A stretch of 64,000 nt of DNA from Octopus sinensis (GCF_006345805.1 NC_042999.1:54870001-54934000); one strand, 5' to 3'. Shown: positions 39,306-54,420, numbered from the stretch's first letter. Notes: generated by a model not told the origin, from the letters alone. Translations and numbers: made by a program.

Positions 39306-39670
39306 CTGGCCGTAGAGAAAGGTAAGGGTTGACGACAAGAAGGGCATCCGACCGTATAAGACTTACCTCAATAAACTCCGTCCAACTCGTGCAAGCATGA
39401 AATTGATGATGATGATGATGATGATAACACATACACACACATACATACAGACAGAGAGAGAGACAGACAGAAGAAAAGAACATAACAAGGGTTGTGGCTA
39501 ATTGCGTCAAGATAAAGTGATTAGATGCTCGAAATGATTGTCTGGTGAGAAACCCTATCGTCTGTTAATCGACACCGTTGGCGAGATCAAAGAATCGACC
39601 TGAGACATCTTTATGATTCTCTGATTAAACCGCCCATTTTGGTGTCACTTTGTCTGGAGAAAGAAGAATG

Positions 39671-39720
<50 letters not shown>

Positions 39721-40214
39721 CGCCGTTGTTGGTGGTGGTGGTGGTGTTTGTCGTTGTTTTGCCACACGTCAGGCCTGATCGAAGGTATCTCTGTAGAAGC
39801 AAGGCATGGCTGTGTGGTTAAGAAGCTCGCTTCACGACATTGTGGTTTCCGGTTCAGTCCCACTGCGCGACACTTTGAGCAAGTGCCTTCCACTAGGGCC
39901 CCGGGCCGACCAATACTTTGTCACTTGAATTTGATAGAAGAAAACTACGCGGAAGCCCGTCGTGTATGCATGTATGTATTAACTTTTACAAGTTAAGGTT
40001 GATAGTGACTCGGTTTACTCGTTTTATCATACAGTCTGATGAAGAAGAACAAGCCAAAACTTCGAAGTTACTATCAGCCTATTCCTTGTAAAATTTAATA
40101 AATATACACAGGGACCTTCCAATTTAATTCTTGATTTTTATATAAAACCTGACACGACAAAGACAGACAAACTGACAGATGAAGTGCCTATATGTAGTTG
40201 TGTGTGAGTAGAGA

Positions 40215-40990
40215 TCCAGGTGTGGCTGTGTGGTAAGAAGTCTGCTTCCCAACTACATGGTTCCAGGTTCACTCTCACGGCACGGCACCTTTAGCAGGCG
40301 TCTTCTACTACGGACACCGGCAGACCGAAGCTTTATCACTGGATTTGGTAGACGGAAACTGAAAGAAGCACATCGTATATATTCGCGTGTGTATGTCTTT
40401 GTATGTTTCCCCACCCACCCACCACACCGCCACCGCTTGACAACCGGTGTTGGTGTGTTTACATCCCGTAACTTAGAGGTTCGACAAAAAAGAGTGATGC
40501 ATAAGTACCAGACTTTACAAAAAGAAATAAGAACTGGAGTCGATTCGTTCGACTAAAATTCTTTAAGGCGGTGCCCCAGCGTGGCCGCAGTCTAATGATG
40601 ACTGAAACAAAAGATAGACATATATATTTGCGCAGAAGTGGCTGTGTGGTAAGAAGCTTGCTTCCCAACCATATGGTTTCGGGTTCAGTCCTGCTATAGT
40701 CTCGGGACGACCAAAACCTTGTGAATGGATTTGGTAGACGGAAGCTGAAGGAAACCTGCCATATATATGTGTGTGTGTGTGTGTGTTTGTGTCTGTCCCC
40801 CCCACCATCGCTTGACAACCAATGCTGGTCTGTTTATGTCCCAAGAACTTAGCGGTTCGGCAAAAGAGACCGATAGAATAAGTACTAGGCTTACAAAGTA
40901 TAAGTCCTGGGGTCGATTTGCTCGACTAAAGGCGGTTCTCCAGCATGGCTGCAGTCAAATGACTGAAACGAATAAAAGAATAAAAGTATA
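40215..40990 (+). mobile_element. Two adjacent family B SINEs (about 40215-40620 and 40630-40990)
   Basis: Two head-to-tail full copies; a 5' half copy also at about 39800-39965. Confidence 0.85.
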
Positions 40991-41133
40991 TATATATATA
41001 TTATGGATGTGTGTGTGTTATAGTTCCCAAACTAGCACCTGTGTTAGGTGTGCCCTAATTAACACAAAACATTCCTTTCCCGACTGCACTTAATTATAAT
41101 TTAACGAAATGATTAAGTGAGGTTTGATAGATG

Positions 41134-41174
<41 letters not shown>

Positions 41175-41594
41175 TTAAAGATTGAGAAAGAAGGGGAATA
41201 TGTGGGGTGGCACGGACGGGGTGGTTGAACTGTCTTGAGAAAGGGGGAGTGGTGGGATTCTAATGTTAAATGGAATTAGCCAAAAGAAAAGGACGGACAG
41301 ACAGACAGAGACAGCGGGGAGGAAAGAAGGAAAGATCGAGAAAAAAGAGAAAAGTGATAAAAGAAAATTCCATTGAAGTATGTTGTGTTCAAACATTACC
41401 GTAAAGGATGGGGCGGTGGTGGGGATGTAACTGTCTCAGAGACGCCATCTGCCTGAACAATGATAGTTAAGTTAGTGTTAATATAAATAACCGTAAGGGT
41501 TATTTGAAAAGCGCGTGAAGGCACGTGACTTAGTGGTTAGAGTATTCGGCTCAGGATCGTAAGGTCGTGAGTTCGATTCCCTGCAGCACGTTGT

Positions 41595-42070
<476 letters not shown>

Positions 42071-43312
42071 CTACACAACCACTTGAGCAAGATATTTTCA
42101 TGTTGCTCCAGTCCGTTAAAATCAGTACTAGACTTTTAAACAAAGTGTTGGGTCGATTTGTTCCATTTCAAACGCAATGCCCCAGCATGGCCTCAGTTCA
42201 ATGGCCGAAATCAGTAAAAGATATTACATATAATCAGCAGCGTCCCGACGATATATTTGAGATAATTCATCCCAATGCGATGTCATCTCTAGGGAAGATT
42301 GTACCGAAATTAATATTGACAAATTCCCTTCTTATGAAATAATTATAAGCACAAGGTACCCTCCCCTCAAAACTTCTATCAAGTGTAAGATTAACAAACC
42401 TCATATAGTTGTTTGAGACCTTATCATCATCATTTAACGTTCACGCTCCATGCTGGTATGGGTTGGACGGTTTGGCAGGATCCGACGGGCCCCGAAAACT
42501 GCATCATGCTCCAATGTTCGCTTCGGTATGATTTCACGGTTGGATGCCCTTCATAATGCCTAATGCTAACGTGTGCTGAGAGTTTTTTTTTTTTTTGTGG
42601 CACCAGCACTAGTGAGCTCGCCGTATAGTCTGCAATATTAAAAATTGCCTTTGGGGCTACCGTAGAGCGAGGGCGGCTTTATGCTTTAGCATTAGGGATT
42701 AAAGGGTGAGAGGAGGAACCAGAACAGGTTTCTTGTTGAAGAATTGCGCAGCTGTTCATTCTGTAGAAGAAAGCGATTGGATTGAAGCTGGAAAGAAAGA
42801 GAAAATAGTGACTGTGAGGTATTGGGGTGGATCCTCAAAATACGAAGTGAGTTAAAGTGAATGGGAACAGGAGACCAGCAAGTGTAGATGAGTAGAGCTT
42901 GCAAAAGAAAAAGAGAGCCTGAACGTATGAAGACGTCTTTCAAAATCAGCAAGAAAGAGAACATTCATGGAAAACATCCTCTCCATCCTGGTTATAAATT
43001 CACATTTATGCCAATAGTCATTGGCTCTAGTTGGCTACGCTAAATGTCCAAGTTACAATTCTGGAAAAAACTGAGTCAAAAGAAATGACCAACTAACGTA
43101 CATTTTATAAACTCAATCTGTAAGTGGAACAGTGAAAATAAACGAGACTTTTCTCAGATTCAACATGTAACTCTTCACTGTAGTTGTTACCGAAATTCGT
43201 GCGATGAATTTTTTGCTTCTTTCTTAGAAACGAGAGATTTTACTGCAGGAAGACTTCGTATAATTAAAGAACATACATACATACATACATACATACATAC
43301 ATACATACATAC

Positions 43313-43715
43313 AGGTGCAGGAGTGACTGTGTGGTAAGAAGCTTGCTTCCCAGTCACATGTTTCCGGGTTCAGTCCCACTGCGTGGCATTTTGGGCAAGT
43401 GTCTTCTATAGCCTCCGGACGACCAAAGCCTTGTGAGTGGATTTGGTAGATGTAAACTGAAAGAAGCCCATCGTATGTATGTATGTGTGTGTGTGCGTGT
43501 GTGTGTGTTTGTATGTGTTTGTGCCCCCAACATCGCTTGACAACCAATGTTGGTGTGTTTACGTCCCCGTAACTTAGCTGTTATCGGCAAAAGAGACCGA
43601 AAGAATAAGTACTAGACTTACAGCTAGTCCTAAGGATCGATTTGTTTGACTAAAGGCGGTGCTCCAGCATGACCGCAGTCGATTGACAGAAACGAGTAAA
43701 CGAGTAAAAGAATAT
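43313..43715 (+). mobile_element. SINE family B
   Basis: Full-length copy. Confidence 0.85.
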
Positions 43716-43944
43716 ACATACATAAGCAAGGTAACTGTTATGGTGAATCCGATAGTCAGACATGTCTAATTACTGCTGCTATGGAGGCAACAGACCAAAT
43801 ATTGGTAAAATTGAGCTACAGAGTACCAACCAACGCGGTTCAAAAAGTACTAAAGAAAGACGACATCCATTGACTATTTTATAAGAAGCTTACAAGTTCA
43901 GTACCCAAGATACACTTTTAGCTTCATACTTATTAATACTGGAA

Positions 43945-44345
43945 GGCAGCGAGTTGGCAGAAACGTTAGCATGCCGGGCGAAATGCTTAGCGATATTTCG
44001 TCTGCCGCTATGTTCTGAGTTCAAATTCCGCCGAGGTCGACTTTGCCTTTCATCCTTTCGGGGTCGATTAAATAAGTACCAGTTACGCACTGGGGTCGAT
44101 GTAATCGACTTAATCCGTTTGTCTGTCCTTGTTTGTCCTCTCTGTGTTTAGTCCCTTGTGGGTTGTAAAGAAATATGTATTTCGTCTGTCTTTATGTTCT
44201 GAGTTCAAATTCCGCCTAGGTCGACATTGTCTATCATCCTTTCGGGGTCGATAAATTAAGTACCAGTTGCGTGCTGGGGTCGATCTAATCAACTGGTCCC
44301 CTCCCCAAAAATGCTGGGCCTCGTGCCTAGAGTAGAAAAGAATAT
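43945..44345 (+). mobile_element. SINE family A heterodimer
   Basis: Second unit starts at 44177; tail-2 ends CCTAGAGTAGAAAAGAATATT. Confidence 0.88.
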
Positions 44346-44861
44346 TGAAACAACAGGAGACATACCAACCCGCCAGGAGAAAAGTATGGCTGAACTTGGG
44401 ACCTTGGGGGAAGTATGCAAATCCTTAATTCATACGCGACAAAGGGTTATGATATCGGGGATTATAATAATCTGCAAGATGTTCCTAAGATTCAAAGAAT
44501 GTTGGGCAAAACAAGATGCTTTGCTTCCCAGTCTTGCTGCCAAGAAGAAGACCGGTCGAATTATACTCTAAATTAGAAAACGAGAAACACACATACATAC
44601 GCATACATACCCACATGCACACATACATGCATACATACATACATACATATATGCACACATATATACATATACATACATACATACATATATACATACATAC
44701 ATACATAGACATCTATAGATACATAGGTGTGCGTTGTTGATCATTGCTTCACCTGTCAAACTGACATAACTTGTTAGGTAATTAACAGCAGAGACTTTGA
44801 GGATGCATTCCATCTTCTCAAGACACGGCACACAAGTACGTGTGTGTGTGTGTTAGCTTAT

Positions 44862-44967
<106 letters not shown>

Positions 44968-45299
44968 TGCATACAGACAGGTTCACATAAGTTTTCTGGG
45001 GATTGGGGGAAAGGTGGAGCATAGAAAATTTGAAATATCTTTCATTAAACAAATTACTGGCCTTGTGTGTGTGTATGTGTGTGTGTTACCTGAGTGTAGA
45101 CAAGCACGCATACATACATTTGCACACACATGTGTGCGCGCGCGCTAGGTCAACAATTTCGTGAGAGAAAAAAGTCCGGTTTTGACTGGTAATTTATTTT
45201 ACTGCCCCCAAACCATCCCGGAAGATGAAGGGCAAAGTTGACCTCGGCGGGATTAGATCCCAGAATGCCGAACGTTGGAACAAATACCGATTCTGCCAG

Positions 45300-45330
<31 letters not shown>

Positions 45331-45397
45331 GTGTATAAAGGCCAAGTAGCAGGAGTCGGTAGCGCGTCGGATTGATTGCTTTGCGCTATTTGTTGAA

Positions 45398-45804
45398 GGC
45401 GACGAGCTGGCAGAATCGTTAGCAGGCCGGGCGAAATGCATTGCGGTATTTCGTCTGTCGTTACGTTCTGAGTTCGAATTTCGCCGAGGTCGACTTTCCC
45501 TTTCATCCTTTCGGGGTCGATAAATAAAGTACCAGTTTCGCACTGGGTTCGATGTAATCGACTTAATCCCTCTGTCCTTGTTTGTCCCCTCTGTGTTTAG
45601 CCCCTTGTGGGTAATAAAGAAATAGGTATTTCGTCTGTCGTTACGTTCTGAGTTCAAATTCCGCCGAGGTCGACTTTGCCTTTCATCCTTTCGGGGTCGA
45701 TAAATAAAGTACCAGTTTCGCACTGGGTTCGATGTAATCGACTTAATCCCTTTGTCCTTGTTTGTCCCCTCTGTGTCTAGCCCCTTGTGGCTAGTAAAGA
45801 AATA
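45398..45804 (+). mobile_element. SINE family A homodimer
   Basis: 180-bp units from 45446 and 45626; 9-bp TSD TATTTGTTG at 45387-45395 and 45805-45813. Confidence 0.9.
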
Positions 45805-46989
45805 TATTTGTTGTAGATCTTTGTGCTCTGAGTTCAAATCAGGTCGAAGTCATTCTTCTATATTGCTCGGTCGATTCTTTTTTTTCTCTCTCCTCCTCCA
45901 GGCGGGGGCCCCCATCCCTTCATACTAAGGCACGCTGTATGACACAACGACGCCGCACTACTCCATCAGGAGTGAAGGTCACCACACACATACTTACGAA
46001 TTAAATAGATAATGCTTTAACTGGTGGTGGTGGTGATGGTGGTGGTGGTGTTGTGAAGAAGATGTCTGTTGAAAGACGGCCATTAATTAACCGGGCGAGT
46101 AAATTGTTTCAGTTACTGATACTACTAATCCTACCATCATCACCATCATCAACAAGAGCAATGTGTGTCTTTGTGCGCTGCGACCATCATCATGTTCTGA
46201 GTTCAAATTCCGCCGAGGTCGAATTCATCTTTTATCCTTTCGAGGGTCAACAAAATAAGTACCAGTCGAGTACTGAGGTCAATATATAATGGACTTGCAA
46301 TCCACACACACACGCGCGATTGCTGGCCTTGCGCCAAAATTTGAAACATGTGCATAATTGTGTACCACAAGTCACTGTAGTAGTATTAGTAGTAGTAGTA
46401 GTAGTAGTAGCAGTAGTAGTAGACAACTAACACATCAAATAAAAGGTGGTTTTGGTGGTGGTGGTGTAATTTTGCCCTAGTTTTCTCGGGCATGGTTTGT
46501 CTCAAATTACATCATCCAATATATCTTGTTTTGGCTGCTATCTCTAGCAGACCGGGCTACCACTTTAGCGGCTCACTCGTGGTTCTCTGAGTGAAGACTG
46601 TCGTGTGATGGAGCGGGAGTGGTGCGAGGTAGAGACTAAAGAAGAGGGGATAATCTTTTTGACAAACCGGTTGGAGTTTTTGACATAACTGCTAAAACAT
46701 ATTGGCTAATAGAAGGAAGGACCGACTATTTGTACTTGTACGCGTGGGTGTGTGTATGGGGGGTGTCTTTGGCAGACCAGGAAAAGGGTAAGTCATGTCT
46801 ATGTCTTTCGGCAGGACAGTTGGAGCTTAAACCAGTGATTCTTAAGCTATTTTCTCTGCCAGTTCCTCTTCCATTTTCCCACACCGACATATACAACGAT
46901 AATAGCCTTATGTAATACACAGTTTATTACTGTATTTGATGGGGTATTAGACGCACCCCAATTTCAAGATACGCGAGTAATATTGGTGT

Positions 46990-47156
46990 TAAATTTTGGC
47001 ACAAGGCCAGAAAGTTTGGAAGAGATGCTCAACCCCAGTGTTCAACTGGTACTTATTTTATCGACCCCAAAAGGATGAAAAGCAATGTCTACCTTTGCGG
47101 CGTGAAGACGGACGAAATGTTGCCTGGCGTGTTACTGATTCTACCAGCACGCCGCC
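46990..47156 (-). mobile_element. SINE family A monomer, degenerate
   Basis: Reverse-complement core GGTACTTATTTTATCGACCCC and head CCAGCACGCCGCC. Confidence 0.65.
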
Positions 47157-47384
47157 TTTATTAAAGCTAGTAATATTAACTTATGAAGCGCCCAGCTTCA
47201 CATATGGGATCTGGGGTGACTTTTTAAAAACTTTTTCTCTCTTTTTTGGTGGAGTGCATCTTACATAGCATTAAATACAGTACAATGTATACAACAATGT
47301 TTACATAATATTGACAGCCTAATTAGTCGTGTGTACAACACCATTGCATAACGTTAACAACTTTATATTAAAATACTTTGTCTT

Positions 47385-47750
47385 TGATCTTTTACTTGTT
47401 TCAGTCATAAGATTGCGGCCATACTGGGGCACAGTCTCGAAAATATTTTTGTCGAATGATTCGACCCTAGGACTCATTTTTAAAGCCTCGTAATTCCTTT
47501 ATCGGTCTCTTTTGTCGAACTGCTAAGTTACGGAGACGTATACACTAACACCTATTGTCAAACGGTAATGGGGAACAAACACACACACACACATCTCAGG
47601 CTTCTTTCAGTTTCCGATTATCAAATCCTCTCACAAGACTTTGTTCCGTCCGAAGCTATGGCAGAAGACACTTGTCCAACGTGCCACGCAGTGAGACTGA
47701 ACTCAGAACCATGTGCTTGGGAAGCAAGTTTCTGAACCACATAGCCACGC
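47385..47750 (-). mobile_element. SINE family B, diverged
   Basis: Reverse complement of family B. Confidence 0.75.
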
Positions 47751-48496
47751 AAATCATTCGCATAAACATCAGCAGTTTTATATTCAACACGAACATCTTT
47801 ACCCGAAGACAAACGAAGTCTAGACTTGTGGACGAATGGACTGCGTGTACGTTCCTGTATCCAGCGACGGGTGCAGGGGTGTTGCTCTAGTTGCCCGGGC
47901 GACACCCTTTCTATGCTGAGCTGAAACCCCAAAAAAAACTCGACTAAGGTTTTTTTTTCATTTCCAGCAGTTTCACAGCATTACCGTTTCATATGCATCA
48001 GGTCTACTACAACTAAATTAGAATACATAAAAATGAGTCCATTTCTTACGGAATTGCGATTCCCACCTTATATAGCATTTCTTTCGAAACTTTTAGACAA
48101 CGCCCACCCACCCCTCCGGTTTCCCTGCGTGTGTGTGTGTGTGCATTTGCGCTTCTGAATATATGTCTGTCTGAGTGTGTTTCCCTGTGCGTATGTATTT
48201 GTCTACGTTTACTCAATACATGTGTGTGTGTGTGTGTTTATGCTTGTACAAGTCTGTGTGTGTGTGTGGCGACCTCTTCGCTAGAGAAACGTAAGAGCAG
48301 GATGATGCGCTGCGTCAGTGCGCGCTTTTGTCCGTGTGTGTGTCTGAGTTTTGTCTATACTTGTGTTATATGTATGTGTGTGTATTAGTGCTCATGTGTG
48401 TGTGTGTGTCTGTGAGTATGAGCGCGCGTAGTCAATTCTTGTGTGTATCGGTCATTGCGTATATATATATATATGTGTGTGTGTATGAGAGAGAAG

Positions 48497-48527
<31 letters not shown>

Positions 48528-49049
48528 TCAGACCCAGAGAAACCACTAGCTGAAGGGCACCTAGACAAAACAGGTAATCATCACCGCCACCGCCACCACC
48601 ACCACCACCACTATTACCAACGTGAGAAAGAATGTAAAAGGCCGCAGGGTTTGATAGAGAGAGACGAAATTTATTTGGTTTGTAAAAGTGGGTGGGTATA
48701 ATGTAAATTGGATCAAATTGTAGCATTTTTTTATTTGAATACAGCAGACACTCCCACCGTGACCATCTCGTTTATATTTCCGTCACTTCATCTGACACAC
48801 TATTCAATGAATCCTTCCTTTTTCTTAATATACAGCATGTAGCTTGAGTGAAATTTAGCTGCTATTTCTAGCGAATAGGCATCATCGTTGTTTAACCCTA
48901 GGTCATCATTGACCCAATAGACCTATGATCAAAAGTATTCCAGTCTCTGATCACAGTCTATCTAGGACTACATTACTCAATGTGTCCTTTAAAAAAAAAA
49001 AGACGGTATGGTGTTATTTGACTATTATTTCTAGCCGGTCGAGCAACCT

Positions 49050-49250
49050 TGGTTGTTTCGTTGTTGTTGTTGGTGGTGGCGGCGGTGATGGTGGTGGTGG
49101 TAGTGGTGGTGGCGGCGGATGCGGTGGTGATAGTGGTGGTGGTAGTGGTGCTGGTGGTGGCGGTGGTTGTGGTGGTGGTGGTGGTGGTGGTGGTGGTGGT
49201 AGTGGTGGCGGTGGTGGTGCTGGTGGCGGCGGCGGTGGTGGTGGTGGTTT
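49050..49250. repeat. (GGT/GGC)n trinucleotide repeat
   Basis: Direct. Confidence 0.93.
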
Positions 49251-49875
49251 TGAGGTAGAGTTTATAGTTGTTTTTGCAGTTTACGTTATCCCACCCCATC
49301 CACCCACCCCCATTTAGACAAAAACCACAAGAACAATATAAAAAACAAACAATATTTGACGCTGTTAATATTAAGTAAATATCTCATGCTAATCAAATAA
49401 TCGTAAAGGTTGCGAGTTCGCACCCACCTCACCGCACCCACATTGTTATGGGTTGCTGTTTTTTCTGTCTTTTACTTTTTTTTATTTGCATACTGAATCT
49501 CCCTCTCCTCCCTTCCCCCTCCCCACTCCACGTCTCTCATCAACCACTTGTTCCCTTTCTTCTTTCTACCCCACCCCTCCCCCACCCGTCTTCGTTCGCC
49601 GACTACATCTTTCCACCACTACCTCCGCTCCTTTTTTTGTATTTTTATTTTTTATTTTTTTTTATTTTTTATTCCTTGTTCCTTTTTTTCTCCAAACCTT
49701 AGTCTAACGCTCCACCGAGCATGACGTGTGTGACAAGCAACTTATCGAGCATTTCAGCAATTACAACAACAACAACAATAACAACAACAACAAAACAACA
49801 ACAGCGACAATAACTTCAAGACAACAAAAAAAAAGGGGATAAAAAAGTTTAAAAGACTTTCAAAAAACCTCATCA

Positions 49876-49918
<43 letters not shown>

Positions 49919-49929
49919 AGAGTTTATAC

Positions 49930-50290
49930 ATAAACACATACATAAAAACATACACATACATACATAAACACATACACAAACACACACATACATACATACA
50001 TAAACACACACATACATACATACATACATAAACACATACATACATACATACACAAACACATACATACATACACAAACACATACATACATACATAAACACA
50101 TACATACATACATACATAAACACATACATACATACATACATAACACATACATACATACATACATAAACACATACATACATACATACATAAACACATACAT
50201 ACATACATACATAAACACATACATACATACATAAACACATACATACATACATAAACACACATACATAAACATACACATACATACATAAAC

Positions 50291-50338
<48 letters not shown>

Positions 50339-50355
50339 ACGCACTCACACACACG
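49930..50355. repeat. (CATA)n/(CA)n compound microsatellite with a higher-order AAACACATACATACATACAT unit
   Basis: Direct. Confidence 0.93.
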
Positions 50356-50501
50356 CACAGGGTGAGTGAGTGACGGGTGGAAGCGCCCTCTTCTAAAGAT
50401 TACATAGACAGGTGCTGCGGTTATGGAGAGAGTGAGTGCCGCCGCCTTGATGATGTCCTTGTTATTATTATTATTGTTGTCGTTTCGTTGTATTTCGTCA
50501 G

Positions 50502-50638
50502 AGATCAAAGTGGAGATCGTTGATAGCTGTCTGACCAATTCTGGTGGCTGTGGCCATAAATGCACCCACACTCGATCAGGACCTGTCTGTTCCTGTAACA
50601 CGGCTATCTACTTCAAGCCGATGGAAAATCATGCGAAG
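50502..50638 (+). CDS. MEGF6: MEGF6-like exon E (EGF module), 1-nt frameshift as assembled
   Basis: TATTTCGTCAG acceptor, GTAAGC donor at 50639; 137 nt; QIKVEIVDSCLTNSGGCGHKCTHTRSGPVCSCNT, then after adding one base near 50601-50603, GYLLQADGKSCE. Matches my recollection of the vertebrate MEGF6 RIEMEIVNSC module. Confidence 0.9.
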
Positions 50639-50735
50639 GTAAGCTGTACGATTTTATACACACACGAACGTACATTTGTGTGTGTGTGTACATATATTAT
50701 TGTATATTTGCGCGTGAATGAGTGTGTGTGTGTGT

Positions 50736-50787
<52 letters not shown>

Positions 50788-50829
50788 CACACACTCATAT
50801 ATATATATATATATATACACATACACACA

Positions 50830-50871
<42 letters not shown>

Positions 50872-51069
50872 CACACTCATATATATATATGTACACATAC
50901 ACACACTCATATATATATATGTACACATACACACACTCATATATATATATATGTACACATACACACACTCATATATATATATATGTACACATACACACAC
51001 TCATATATATATGTACACATACACACACTCATATATATATATATGTACACATACACACACTCATGTATG

Positions 51070-51131
<62 letters not shown>

Positions 51132-51565
51132 TACATATACACATACGTACATGTATATATGTATGTTTGCGTTTTTTTTTAGAATGTGAATTTCTAAATG
51201 TTTTTATATTTTTCAGGTATTTTGTTTTTTATTACTTTTTATCATTTTTTTTTTTAAATATTCGTTTCTGTAATTTAATTTCGGTAATGAATAAACATCA
51301 CAACTTCATTTATTAATTTTCTCCTCTCACCTACCTTTGTTTTGCAATCCACCTGATAGCTAATTAAAACATTCAGAAATACTCTCAATTAGGAATCTAC
51401 GATTGATTTAATTAGCGTTATGATAACATAAAGCGACGAATTTGCAAAGTTTTTTTTTAGTTTTTCTTTATCTCGTTTTATGTTCTGAATTCAAATTCTG
51501 CCAAATTTTTCTTTCATCGCTTCCGTGCAGTCAAGAACTGACCAAATACGAAAGACAGGGGTAGG

Positions 51566-52102
<537 letters not shown>

Positions 52103-52593
52103 CTCTCTCTCTTTCTCTGCTCCACGGCATGGCGAAGTGTTAAGAGTAACGAACGTCTTACAACAAAGGTGGCCCCACAAGTTGTTTCACAACCTTTCCA
52201 TAAAAGACGCCGAGAAAGACAGACGAAAGGACTGTTTTAATTGCCATAAATAGTAATTAAAATACAAGTGTTTCTTGATTAACAACTTGTTAGACAAGGG
52301 AGTTGATTTGAAATGATGCATTGAGACTAAAACAGGGACATCGTGGGACAGTCGCAGAAAACATTCAAACCCACACAGCCACTCGCTTGTGTTTTGCTTT
52401 GAATTTATTAAACAATCACAAATAACTTGTATTATTATTGAATATTAAAATATTTCGTTTCGGTCACATGTACTCGAGCATGAAATAACACAGAGAACTT
52501 CTTACAATATAATTTTATGCCTCCCACACCAAAGGCCATGGCCATGCTGGAGTACTGCCATTTTCATCGCCTTTTCAAAGGTTATTCTCATGT

Positions 52594-52976
52594 TCTCTTT
52601 TACTCTTTTACTTGTTTCAGTCATTTGACTGTGGCCATGCTGGAGCACCGCCTTTAGTTGAGTAAATCGACCCCGGGACTTATTCTTTGTAAGCCTAGTA
52701 CTTATTCTATCGTTCTCTCTTTTGCCGAACTGCTAAGTTACGGTGACGTAAACACACCAGCATCGGTTGTCAAGCGATGTTGGGAGGACAAACACAGACA
52801 CACAAACATATACACACACATATATATACATATATATGACAGGCTTCTTTCAGTTTCCGTCTACCAAATCCACTCACAAGGCTTTGGTCGGCCCGAGGCT
52901 ATAGTAGAAGATACTTGCCCAAGGTGCCACGCAGTGGGACTGAACCCGGAACCATGTGGTTGGTAAACAAGCTACT
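52594..52976 (-). mobile_element. SINE family B
   Basis: Reverse complement, very similar to the 41595 copy. Confidence 0.85.
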
Positions 52977-52989
52977 TTGGTTTTTAATG

Positions 52990-53490
52990 AATAAGAGGAT
53001 TTTATATCGGTGCCTCCATTTAAGTTTCTTGCCAGTATATAGGTTCATTTGGGATCTCAGCAGACAATCAGGTGTTTCCTGAAAACATGGAGATCCACTC
53101 CATGTAGATCTCTCGGGTATTTTGGGCAGGCATAAGAGAGCTATGGGCTGTTCGGGTGGGTATTGTAATTCTCGATGCCAAACTTTGATGCCAGCCTCTC
53201 CAGAATCCTCCATATGTATATCACTGTATATCCCTCCCGTCTTTGCTCCAAGGAAGAGTGTCTTAATCCTTTCAGTCTCTCCCATTAGCTGGACTGTTTC
53301 GTTGATGCAGTCTTCTTGGTGGAACACCATTGAGGTTGTTTCGAATTCCACAATTTGACATCGTGGGATGACCATAGTTGAGAGCAATCGTCTAGACGGC
53401 TGAGGGCAAACTTCTCCCATAGGACCAGCATACTTTCTTGGTCCCTTGTTTTGTAAGTTCTCAGAATCCAGCCTGCCACCACTTCGGGGA
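52990..53490 (-). mobile_element. CR1-clade LINE 3' fragment
   Basis: Minus-strand VAGWILRTYKTRDQESMLVLWEKFALSRLDDCSQLWS, homologous to the CR1 ORF2 C-terminus above. Confidence 0.8.
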
Positions 53491-53677
53491 TATGTAGAGG
53501 AAAGGATATTTTTTAATTCTTTATATTTCGAGTGTATCACCCATATTTAGAGGAAAGCAGTCGAAGACTTTTTTCAAACTAGGAAATGCCATAAACACTT
53601 GGCGATTGTTGGTTCCTTTTATTGTCGCTGTCATTGCTTATTATTGTTAGTAGTAGTAGTAGTAGTAGTAGTAAAAA

Positions 53678-53850
53678 GTGGTGAGCTGGCAGAATCATTA
53701 GTATGCTGGACGAAATGCTTAGCGGTTTTTCGCCCATCGCTACATTCTGAGTTCGACTTTGCCTTTCATCCTTTTGGGGTCGATAAATTAAGTACCAGTC
53801 GCATACTGGGGTCGATCTAATCGAATGTCCCCCCCTCTCACCTAAAATTC
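53678..53850 (+). mobile_element. SINE family A variant with internal deletion
   Basis: GAGTTCGACTTTGCC lacks AAATTCCGCCGAGGT; same variant at 57611. Confidence 0.75.
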
Positions 53851-54199
53851 CTTCCACTGATGGGTGAATTTGCACGAAATATATGAGGATTTAATAAATT
53901 ATTCTCTCCTCATATTGTAAGAAGCCCTCTACATTAATTCTTCTGTACTTCACAATACTTCAAACCTAACGCTACGATCCGTCTTATACTTTTATGCCGA
54001 TAAGCCTTTCCTCGGAATCTGAGGCTCAGATATCCACCACTTGATCGTCTCGCTCTTTTAAACATGATGCAGAAATGGTTGTTGAAATGTATATTTTTTC
54101 AACCGTAATATTAAACAGTAGAAGAGCGGTGAACTGGCAAAGTGGTTAGCACACAGGGCAAAATAATACTTCATGGTATTTCGTCCGTCTTTAGGTTCT

Positions 54200-54420
54200 G
54201 AGGCAGGATGAACACTCCAACCTCAGAAAACCTTCACCAGCAACGACTACCCAAACAGACCAATGGATTGGAGGGCTGCACCCTGAGTGGTGCAAAGGTG
54301 TCATCTGCCAGTGGGTGTAAAGAGTCACCAACAAATGGTAGATGTAGCGGCACGATGTTACAGAGCTTACTGCCATACATAAAATGTTTAATAGAGAAGT
54401 GTATCGGTTTTGAACGGGGA
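54200..54420 (+). repeat. Interspersed repeat, with an inverted copy at about 37690-37830
   Basis: GGTGCAAAGGTGTCATCTGCCAG...CACCAACAAATGG matches CCATTTGTTGGTG...TGACACTTTTGCACC at 37710-37762. Confidence 0.55.

Noticed and set aside
45253-45837. 194-aa ORF with an internal repeat (RNWY.IYRPRKDERQSRPRRNLNSER), recurring in several other ORFs
   Set aside because: Antisense reading of SINE family A; the repeat reflects the SINE dimer.
48925-49317. Glycine-rich or poly-Thr ORFs
   Set aside because: Products of a (GGT/GGC)n microsatellite.
49754-51316. Long ORFs of 150-297 aa (YICVM/HT repeats)
   Set aside because: Microsatellite translations; only 50502-50638 is real coding sequence.
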